Shown here one piece after another: positions 56,601 to 64,000 of a stretch of DNA of 64,000 nucleotides. A program made the translations under genes and the position numbers. The stretch is from a virus (Duplodnaviria; Caudoviricetes): positions 1 to 64,000 of IMG/VR virus record IMGVR_UViG_3300018428_002563. One strand, given 5' to 3'. How positions within the stretch are numbered: position 1 is the stretch's first letter; every line of letters begins with the position of its first letter. A model generated the notes under the pieces. It saw nothing but the letters and a program-made list of their open reading frames with translations. It ran no database searches and was not told the origin of the DNA.

Positions 56601-58419
56601 AGGAGCAGGAACTGAACACTATATCGAAACTCCAGTTCCATTTATATTCCCAGATGCATATAATCAATCATTTGGTTTAGCAGGTGTTGAAGAAAGATAT
56701 GATGGCATGTTCCCATACTTGTATACATCATCTGGTGTATTACCAGCAGAACAAGCAGATGTTACAATAGGTTACATAGATACAGCAATTGACACTAGTG
56801 TTGATGCTGCATCTTTAAGAACACAAATTGATGACCTAAACTTCAAGTATAAGACTTGGGTGCGTGATCATGTCGATCCTAGATATTACAGTGTTTATGA
56901 ATATAGAGTAGGTAGAACAAGATTCTCCGGAGACAGTTTAGACGGTACAACACGTAACAGTGTATACAGTGATAACGTACTAGATAAAAAAGCCGGTGAG
57001 CTATTCTTAGGCACAGGCGTATCAGCACAAGAACAAACATCAGTTTGGGACATGGACTTTAGTAAGGTGACCATGCTTAAAGTTGAATTTAGTTGGTATG
57101 GTGCTGTTGGTGCATTGTTCTTAGCATATGTTCCAGTAGACAACGGCGAAGCACGTTGGGTAAGAGTACATCATTTACGTTGTTCAAACCAGTTGAAGAT
57201 ATCTTCACTAGGTAATGCTACACTTCCAATTACATATCTTGTTTACGGCGGAGGAAGTGAAAACAGATTTGGTGTTCCAAATGCTAATAGATTGCAAAAC
57301 CCATATGGTAGTTACGCAGAAAGCCTCGTCAAGTATGGTGCTTCTTACTACATTGATGGTGGTGACCGCGGTACTGTAAGATTGTTTAACCACAGTTCGG
57401 AAACACCAACTGATGTATATGGTTCAAGATACAAACTAGGAGTTGATAGTACAAATGCTACAGATCCTGTTACACCTATAATGACTGTAACAAATCTTGA
57501 TCCTGATGCTACAGGAAACTCTGCACCCGCAATTAATACATTCTATATGAATGCAAGAGTAATAACAGGTAACTCACAAGACCAAAACGTAAAAGTAATT
57601 TGGGTTGATGGTAATGACTTATATTTGAATAAACCAGTAAGTGCTGTTTCGACATTAAATGTAATCGTTGATAGACCAGCATTACTATATGGTTTAAAAA
57701 CCAAAGACGACATTACATCAGGTAACGGTGACGCTGTTAGAAACAGAGTACAGGTATATCCAACAAGATTAAGTGCAGGAGCAGACGGAACTGTAAATGC
57801 TAAAATGACATTGCTCAAAACACCTAAGTTCCAAACAGCAATAGGAACCACTGGAAGTTTTGCGTTAAATGCATCTGTAGACTTAAACAGCTCGTACTTA
57901 CTATCAACTACTGATACAGACTATCTATCACAAAATGGAGACTTCTTATATGGTTACTTCCGTGCAAGTTTAAATGGTAGTGAAACTTTGATTAGTGTAT
58001 TAGGAAGATTAGAAAAAAGCAATGACAACTACTACTTCTATCCAACAGAGATATATAATGGAACATTAGAAGTTGCATCAGGTGCAACATTCTTGAAAGA
58101 AGGAGTATTTGATCCACAAGGTAATAGTTTGACTTCAAGCGAAACTACTTTTGAAAAGGAACGTTTAAGCTCAGTAGAAGTTGCTCTAAGAGCGCAGACT
58201 CCAATACCTGGATCAGGTACTGAATTAGCAAGTTATTACATTGCACCAGGTGCTGAAGAATTTGACCTAGCAACATATTTTGACTACAACAAGGAATACA
58301 TAAGTTATCCATTGACTGACCAGTTAGAAACATTGTTCTTAGCAACATTCAGTAACAACACTAATTCTACTAGTCCACAGGTTTCATTAAGTGCCAGCTT
58401 GACATGGGAGGAACAATAA
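53680..58419 (+). CDS. Large putative virion protein with four K-C-x-R-D phycobiliprotein-like repeats
   Basis: Shares RYQPGR, WYGA.GA and YIDGGD blocks with the next gene; repeats KCQRD, KCTRD, KCKRD, KCIRD. Confidence 0.7.
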   Translation: MSSLNNINNNASVVNVGRTTPVTPGAQPAANSIPVVVATDQTAIPVVEQNKIQSEVALSLLGIPRSEVALGIFADVNTYDVNPSEWSSEPAEYSQVPNTASQYSGIGGVQDWGILHLPEESGAMVTAPADETSVLTSKRFFRYQPGRVSAATFGIKSSFASGNVVGAGQRPPTRNPDVKKYGIFDKFDGYYWETRDTGQGDQFAVVRRTQSIIRKNPLEFGNSAGQQLEDHALGGKAPGQPASTYNQYPTATKYLTANKFDLIDGSVLSNSAVKCQRDLGYFLEAIGTDITLGTNYGSTFQGLAESNSNEYPLPTSVTDAINSSQTEVKSLAGVDNTADAAVDTWYNNLRAIAVDPATRVDYASATQAEQIAFLKAVTFTNPTSGGSASREAVKDQLVANRDFIAAEINAWVADQYPSASHNVNKCTRDVLFVLNAVSYDILYGGNSATYDAGRFFFYDGFSKSDQTANYITQTVAAYGRLADIIDDIVKDVTIVKTTGNSETQVTGNGVANQTEADLAVTYTNVIKDVISEGDILLSLPVTRTVPDTSWGAASMTAAQAAITAATQTIVETVAPVTFTGDDLKCKRDLEFALDAYINDLRWGGDGHIIANAATYNTALLTDAEREGETHYYFRNKLREKLAEIGELDARTKIGNLAKFQIQAVTANGSGAYPAQQGPDGTTGFITNAQIASATYGQRSKIETIFSVYALYYGYLVSESLTYDTATHLPDGADPNDFLNVLKFKCIRDVKYVVNGYASDLQFGGNAATAYNAFKYYSDGALKVYSQTNGGVVAEINRHTFLKDLLTATGTVDVTRSDSQNVAIPSLATRFALTTEQTDKLNTLANIIINNFTTQYAGSVDYGTAGQFGDLVILRDGLIMVHAAAYDPTLLKPRLKTPAQIDTTNNTFTLAEGSVIIGQYVNYYGDCPELVDGKTYWVSEVKGPKGNVITLMDPAVADFDQFDVTPSNNTPITLTGAGTEHYIETPVPFIFPDAYNQSFGLAGVEERYDGMFPYLYTSSGVLPAEQADVTIGYIDTAIDTSVDAASLRTQIDDLNFKYKTWVRDHVDPRYYSVYEYRVGRTRFSGDSLDGTTRNSVYSDNVLDKKAGELFLGTGVSAQEQTSVWDMDFSKVTMLKVEFSWYGAVGALFLAYVPVDNGEARWVRVHHLRCSNQLKISSLGNATLPITYLVYGGGSENRFGVPNANRLQNPYGSYAESLVKYGASYYIDGGDRGTVRLFNHSSETPTDVYGSRYKLGVDSTNATDPVTPIMTVTNLDPDATGNSAPAINTFYMNARVITGNSQDQNVKVIWVDGNDLYLNKPVSAVSTLNVIVDRPALLYGLKTKDDITSGNGDAVRNRVQVYPTRLSAGADGTVNAKMTLLKTPKFQTAIGTTGSFALNASVDLNSSYLLSTTDTDYLSQNGDFLYGYFRASLNGSETLISVLGRLEKSNDNYYFYPTEIYNGTLEVASGATFLKEGVFDPQGNSLTSSETTFEKERLSSVEVALRAQTPIPGSGTELASYYIAPGAEEFDLATYFDYNKEYISYPLTDQLETLFLATFSNNTNSTSPQVSLSASLTWEEQ

Positions 58420-58422
58420 TAA

Positions 58423-61400
58423 ATGCCTCAGATAAAAATAGGATTCGACAGAATACCTATACCTACTTCAAAGTCATTTGTACCTCTTTATGATATTGTA
58501 AAAGGGGTACCACTACGAGATTCAAACGGGCAAATAATTGTTACCGAAGATGAAGGTCCAGTAGAAGCTCTATCTAAAGCAGAAAACAGTACAAGTGTAG
58601 TTATTAATAATGCTGTAGTAGATAATACACAACTTTCTATAGAAGAACAATTTGCCGAAACTTCGCAAGTTAGTACGACACTACTAGGCATACCTAGAGC
58701 TGAAGTACAATTAAGTTTGTTTTCTGATGTTAGTACATACGGTCTTAATCCTGAAGAATGGGAATTTTTTCAGTATAATGGAGTATTTGGTCGTCCTGAT
58801 GGATGGTATCGTAGACGTAATAGAGTTTATGGTGATCATTTTTATACAAGACTAGTTGAAGAAACAAACGAGCAAGCATTAGTTGTAGAAAGTTTTCCAG
58901 TAGCATTTACTTTTCCACCAGGCCCAAATTACATTAATGGCGGATACAACGAGGCTGTATTTAATAGATACTTACAATTTATTAATCTTGGTAACGATAT
59001 GTATAATTTATATATTGGTACCAATGAACAATTTGCAGAAGAAAACTTTTTAAATCCTGCTATATGCTTTGTACAAGATGGCGATGTAGAATATCCTGAT
59101 GATGAACAATTAGGCTATGATTTAATTGAAAATTGGTGTCAAGCATGGATGAACATGCGAGATGGATTGCTTATTGATCCTAATACTAATACCCCAATTA
59201 AATTTCCTGTAGGATATGATGCTACAAATACTAGACCAGGACAAACAGATAATATACAATACTTTGGCTTACTACAAAGTAAAAAAGCATATAGATATCA
59301 GCCTGGACGTATATCAGGATACACTTTTGGTTTTAGAGCAAGCCGAGACGAAGCAAGTATAGACAACATCATTGAGTGGGGTATCGGAAATCCTACAGAT
59401 GAATATGTATTTCAGATTAGAGGTCCACAGTTTAATATCGTAAGACGTAGTACAGTTAGATTGCCAAATGAAGTTCTACAAAGAATGGGCATGAATGAAA
59501 ACAATCAACAAGTAGTTTCTAGTAGAGAACCTTTCGTAGAAGATGAATTTTATGAACTAGTAATTACTAGAGATTTTTTCAACGGCGATGCGTTAGATGG
59601 TAATGGTCGATCAGGTTACTTACTCGACCCAACCAAAGTTACTATGTACAAAATTGAGTTTGGTTGGTATGGTGCTATTGGTGCTAAGTTCTATGCTTAT
59701 ATTCCAACAGACACAGGTGATGCACGTTGGGTGCTTATGCATACACTAACAATTGAAAACCAATTAGGCGAGCCTTGTTTACAAGACCCATATTTTAAAT
59801 TTAGATATCTACAAGATATTAGAAACACAAGTAACATTAGAGAACCACAGTACCTTTACAAATATGGTGCTTCGTGCTATATAGACGGTGGCGATAATAG
59901 TGCAGGAAAATATTACAGTTATACTAGTGATGACAAAACTGTAAATAATGCAAGACAAACATCTATTGCGGGGATTTATCCAAAGCGTACAATTAAAAAT
60001 AGTGACGGTGTAGAAAAGCCTAATAAGAAAAATGTTTTTCCAGTGGATTTGAAAATAGATTGTGATCAACTATCGGAAGTGCAATTGGTTGAAATTAACG
60101 GGTGCCCAGCATTTGGGCATCACTATGCACCTAGTTTACATGCTACACAGAATGGTATAGTTAGAAGTGTTAATATTAATGGTGCAGGTAGTGAAATAAC
60201 AATTAATCCACAACCAACTGTAAACATTGCAAATATAAGCCAAGCAAATCCAGGAATTGTTACTACAGATACAGATCATGGATTCTTTATTGGACAAAAA
60301 GTTACATTAGAAAATGTAGTTGGTATGACAGAAGTTAATTTTCAAGAGTATTACATAGATGTTTTATCTGCGACACAGTTTGCATTATATTCAGATGCTG
60401 ACTATTCAAATGCTGTTGACACGTCTGGATTTACAGCATATGCAAGTGGCGGAACAGCAGACGGCAATCCTATTTTTAGAACACGTGACGACGACAGTAA
60501 ATTAATTGTTCCTGGTATTAACAGTTGTTATGCGGCTATTACAAGTGAATCAACAGCAAATATTGAACGAATTGGATTTGACGCTCTGTACGAGAAAAGT
60601 TCTACAGGAACTATCGATCCGCAAGTTTTACTAAATGGTGTAGTTACTGATTTAGCAAGTGTACCAGTTGACGCTGTTAGATTTACAAGTTACTATGATC
60701 ATATTGCTGGTTCAACATATCCAATTACAGGTGACGGATTTGAATGTAATTATTTAAACCCTGTAACTACAGAAGGCACACAGTTTTGTGAATTCTTAAT
60801 TGGAGTGACAGAAAACAAACCTATAATTTCTACTAGAACAAATGCATTAGGTAATCCAGTTAATGAAGTTAAGTTTTTAGCAAAGGATGGTATAACAGAA
60901 ATAGAGCCAGACCTAGCAAACATATTGCATGCAGAGTTCACACATAGTTCACTCTATAGAGATAGAGACGGTTTTGAAGAAAGAGAAGGCGATGCACCCT
61001 TAGGCATTAGGTTTGATATTGATTATAGATTACCAAGACCAGAAGGTACAGATAGCGGAATATGTAGCGGTATAGATGTAAAGATAGAAGATAGATTAGA
61101 ATTTAGTGTTACATATGCAAGTGCTGATCCAGTATCAGGACTTCCTTCAGACATAATAATATTTGATCAAGAGCCGAGTGAAATAATAAACGGCTTTTCG
61201 CTAGTAGGTGGTGAGTTTGGAGAATCAGGCGTAGCAAGCGGAATTAGATTTACATCAGAATTAAAGAGTTATATTGATAACGAAGATGTTGAAAAATATT
61301 ATATAGATATAGACGGTGCTCCAAACAACGGAGCATTTACATTGCAACTAAGTCCTATAAGACTTACTGATAGACTGATAACAGGTAACCCAGAAAAATC

Positions 61401-61866
61401 AGTTAACAAAGTGCAAATTTTTAGTTTCCAGCCAAAACCTTTGTACTTGGTAGTATTCATGCGTGACAATGCTAGAATGAATAATATTACTATTACTGAA
61501 AACATTAACGGAACTACTAGAGCATTTTGTCCTGAATGGATAACCGATTCAGGTGTTGATGTTGTATTCTCAGGAGGATCAAGTGCAGGTGTTCCTGCTG
61601 CAAACTATCTTCCAAAAGAAAGACTAGCAAGTACTAGTGTTGATGTTCAAAATTCACAACCTTTAAGACCTGGTAAACTTAAAGACACATTGTATGTTTC
61701 ACCAAACAGGAATAATACTGTTGACTTAGGAAGCGTTTATGGTCCAGATAGGACTGTAATATCTCCGGGAATATTAAATACAACAGCAACATTTGTTACG
61801 GCAAGAAGTCTTATAAACAATGATGTTAACTTAGTTAGCGCAAGTATTACAACGAAGGAAGATTAA
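58423..61866 (+). CDS. Large putative virion protein, paralog of 53680-58419
   Basis: LLGIPRAE, RYQPGRISG, KVTMYKIEFGWYGAIGA, KYGASCYIDGGD; E1-FCCH-like insert. Confidence 0.7.
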   Translation: MPQIKIGFDRIPIPTSKSFVPLYDIVKGVPLRDSNGQIIVTEDEGPVEALSKAENSTSVVINNAVVDNTQLSIEEQFAETSQVSTTLLGIPRAEVQLSLFSDVSTYGLNPEEWEFFQYNGVFGRPDGWYRRRNRVYGDHFYTRLVEETNEQALVVESFPVAFTFPPGPNYINGGYNEAVFNRYLQFINLGNDMYNLYIGTNEQFAEENFLNPAICFVQDGDVEYPDDEQLGYDLIENWCQAWMNMRDGLLIDPNTNTPIKFPVGYDATNTRPGQTDNIQYFGLLQSKKAYRYQPGRISGYTFGFRASRDEASIDNIIEWGIGNPTDEYVFQIRGPQFNIVRRSTVRLPNEVLQRMGMNENNQQVVSSREPFVEDEFYELVITRDFFNGDALDGNGRSGYLLDPTKVTMYKIEFGWYGAIGAKFYAYIPTDTGDARWVLMHTLTIENQLGEPCLQDPYFKFRYLQDIRNTSNIREPQYLYKYGASCYIDGGDNSAGKYYSYTSDDKTVNNARQTSIAGIYPKRTIKNSDGVEKPNKKNVFPVDLKIDCDQLSEVQLVEINGCPAFGHHYAPSLHATQNGIVRSVNINGAGSEITINPQPTVNIANISQANPGIVTTDTDHGFFIGQKVTLENVVGMTEVNFQEYYIDVLSATQFALYSDADYSNAVDTSGFTAYASGGTADGNPIFRTRDDDSKLIVPGINSCYAAITSESTANIERIGFDALYEKSSTGTIDPQVLLNGVVTDLASVPVDAVRFTSYYDHIAGSTYPITGDGFECNYLNPVTTEGTQFCEFLIGVTENKPIISTRTNALGNPVNEVKFLAKDGITEIEPDLANILHAEFTHSSLYRDRDGFEEREGDAPLGIRFDIDYRLPRPEGTDSGICSGIDVKIEDRLEFSVTYASADPVSGLPSDIIIFDQEPSEIINGFSLVGGEFGESGVASGIRFTSELKSYIDNEDVEKYYIDIDGAPNNGAFTLQLSPIRLTDRLITGNPEKSVNKVQIFSFQPKPLYLVVFMRDNARMNNITITENINGTTRAFCPEWITDSGVDVVFSGGSSAGVPAANYLPKERLASTSVDVQNSQPLRPGKLKDTLYVSPNRNNTVDLGSVYGPDRTVISPGILNTTATFVTARSLINNDVNLVSASITTKED

Positions 61867-64000
61867 ATGGCGGAAATAAAATTCGGTCTAAACGTAAACA
61901 GAAGTCTTGCAGATGTTGCAGATCCTTTAGCGGCTTTAGCTAACATTGGCATCGATATTAACGACCTTGATGTTATACGAGGAGCAGCTGGCGATTTAGG
62001 TATTACAGCAGATGATGTAAAAGCTCTAAGTGGGCTTAATGTTCCTGTCCAAACATATCTAGTAAAACTTTATCAAGATACTTTACAATATAGTGCAATC
62101 ATTGATGAAACAGCAGGCACCTCTGAATCACTAAAAGGAAATCTAACTGTAAATGGTGTATTAGGTGCAGGTGCAATTAAGTATCAATACGTAGACGATG
62201 ATAATTCTACTTTAAAGTTTGCTGATATAAGCACAAGCCGTGTAAGTAGTTGGAGTAGTACAGACAGCCCTGCAACAGATACTAGTCCAATTTTTTATGG
62301 TAGTCAAATAGAAGTTGATGGTGCTGTTGAAACACAAACATTAGAAATACTTAAACCAGCAGACCTTGTTAGATTTAGAAGTTCCGAAGTACCTACTCAT
62401 AAAATACAAGCAACTATAAATGGCCAGACAGTTTATCTGTATGCTATGAAAGGAATACCTTTAATATTTGAAGGATTTTTCCGTAATTTAGATAGTGACT
62501 TGAGACTTGTTACAGCAGGCGCGGTTAGTTGGAGAATAGTTAATAATCAGTTTGACTACCTAACAAAGGAGTATGAAAATGTTGGAGGCTCTAATACTAC
62601 TAGAAGTTTCTTAAGATACAGAGATACAGGGGCGGCATCTAAAAACATAGAAATTTATCATAACCCAAATAATATTTTAACACTACCTTTATCAGGAGTA
62701 GGAATAAGTGAATTACCTGCTGCACAACTAGAAAATTGTCAAAATTTATATCTAAATGGAAATGTTATAAAAACGTTTCCAGATTTTAATACTTTTGTGC
62801 CCGATTGCAGATTATTAGATGTGCGTGAAAATAATTTCACACTAGGTGACGAACCTAATTTACGTAAATTTAATAATGATGTATTAGCACGTATACCAAA
62901 CACTGTTAGAGAGATTAGATTTGGTAATACTTTTAACGGAAGTATTACAGCAGACTTAACAACACTAACAAATTTGCTTACATTAAATCTAAACGGACAC
63001 AGCAGAGGTGGTGCATTTAATTATTTTGATCAAGATGCAGACGATCCAACTGGTTCAACTCCCGAAGTAGCAAATACAGTTCAAAACTATTACATGTACA
63101 GAAACAGTTTTAATACTGTTCCGCAAAGTGTAAAAGACTTGCCTGACCTTAGACAGATTAATTTATATAGCAATAGTATATACGATAATAACTTCCAAAT
63201 ATTAAGTCCTGTAATCAACTATGTAAACATAGGTGGTAACCCGGGTATAAACGTTCCTAACTTAGCCAATAAAAATTCAATGGATTTATTTTATGCTCAC
63301 TATAATAGTGGTAGTGGAATAGCACCAGATTCTAATTTGTTTACTACAACGAGCGGAAGTTATAAGTTTGCTAACTGTGGTAACTTAAGATTAATATATG
63401 CATACTCAAGCGGCTATTACGGACCTATACCTAAATTTGCAGGTAACAGTAGACTTTACTATGTACAAGCTCAGTATACAAGACTAAGAGGCGGGCGATC
63501 TGACACAGAACAAGACTACGTTTTGTATGACGATGTGTTTGACGACTGTGCAAGTGCAATGCGTTACTTCCATGTAGCAAGTAGTAGTTTGTTAAATGCT
63601 CCTATGCACCCTGATTGTTTTGAAAAACCAACAGGCATGATAGGTATCGTATTTAGATCGTTTAATGCAGGTGTAAGCGGAGCATTTCCTAGTTTAAATA
63701 CAATGCAGAACCTACGTTATATCGTAATGTTACAAAATAACTTTACAGGTCCTTTGCCTAATTTCTTTAATAATCCACTATTATACTATTGTCACTTATA
63801 TGGAAATAGTTTTAGTGGTGCTATTCCGGTTATACAAAGCAATGCATTACAATACTACTATGTACACAGCAATCAATTAACATCATTTAACGGACTTGAA
63901 ACACCTAATCTTAGACGTTTGTTTATCAGTTACAATCAAATAACTGGCGCTGTTCCAGATATGAATAATCTTACATTATGTTACGACTTCTATCTAAACA
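61867..64000 (+). CDS. Leucine-rich-repeat protein (runs off window end; not in ORF track)
   Basis: ATG 61867, no in-frame stop seen to 64000; LRRs such as LQNNFTGPLP, LYGNSFSGAIP, ISYNQITGAVP. Confidence 0.8.
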   Translation, partial: MAEIKFGLNVNRSLADVADPLAALANIGIDINDLDVIRGAAGDLGITADDVKALSGLNVPVQTYLVKLYQDTLQYSAIIDETAGTSESLKGNLTVNGVLGAGAIKYQYVDDDNSTLKFADISTSRVSSWSSTDSPATDTSPIFYGSQIEVDGAVETQTLEILKPADLVRFRSSEVPTHKIQATINGQTVYLYAMKGIPLIFEGFFRNLDSDLRLVTAGAVSWRIVNNQFDYLTKEYENVGGSNTTRSFLRYRDTGAASKNIEIYHNPNNILTLPLSGVGISELPAAQLENCQNLYLNGNVIKTFPDFNTFVPDCRLLDVRENNFTLGDEPNLRKFNNDVLARIPNTVREIRFGNTFNGSITADLTTLTNLLTLNLNGHSRGGAFNYFDQDADDPTGSTPEVANTVQNYYMYRNSFNTVPQSVKDLPDLRQINLYSNSIYDNNFQILSPVINYVNIGGNPGINVPNLANKNSMDLFYAHYNSGSGIAPDSNLFTTTSGSYKFANCGNLRLIYAYSSGYYGPIPKFAGNSRLYYVQAQYTRLRGGRSDTEQDYVLYDDVFDDCASAMRYFHVASSSLLNAPMHPDCFEKPTGMIGIVFRSFNAGVSGAFPSLNTMQNLRYIVMLQNNFTGPLPNFFNNPLLYYCHLYGNSFSGAIPVIQSNALQYYYVHSNQLTSFNGLETPNLRRLFISYNQITGAVPDMNNLTLCYDFYLN

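Noticed and set aside
41395-61505. Many 60-140 aa antisense ORFs within the giant structural genes
   Set aside because: Expected shadows of biased codon usage; no independent signals.
1-64000. CRISPR array, rRNA, integrase or transposase
   Set aside because: No regularly spaced repeats or recognisable motifs seen by eye.
1-64000. Bacterial chromosome origin (clpP, infA, tilS, csgG)
   Set aside because: T4-type late boxes, virion genes, dense small hypothetical ORFs and lack of bacterial operon context favour a phage.
1-64000. Stop-codon reassignment
   Set aside because: Known genes are full length in the standard code, TAA/TAG/TGA all terminate genes, and no suppressor tRNA is seen.

Overview
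AT-rich, gene-dense segment of a large T4-like (myovirus/jumbo-type) phage genome, probably aquatic with a proteobacterial host (host is inference). Evidence: T4-type late promoter boxes (ATAAATA), consensus sigma70-type early promoters, seven CCA-ending tRNAs, ATP-dependent ligase, and giant virion proteins. Left part: membrane transporter plus porin, Hsp20 with a ROSE-like thermometer, ClpS, heme oxygenase plus PcyX-type bilin reductase, and a curli-like module (CsgF, CsgG, two curlin-like proteins, FecR-like protein) followed by a CHASE2 cyclase. Middle part: peroxiredoxin, four 2OG-Fe(II) oxygenases, IF-1, an R-M-like helicase/MTase trio, TilS, ClpP, tRNAs, a (p)ppGpp-hydrolase-like HD protein, QueD with a candidate riboswitch-like leader, glycosylation genes, UvsE and IscA. 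Right part: very large tail/baseplate proteins, the last an LRR protein cut by the window end. Top hypothesis: the 1579-aa putative virion protein has four ~150-160-aa repeats, each with a K-C-x-R-D motif resembling the bilin-binding helix of phycobiliproteins, and the same genome encodes the heme-to-bilin pathway. This suggests a phage-made chromophore for a phage structural protein. All family assignments are by eye from motifs; no searches were run.
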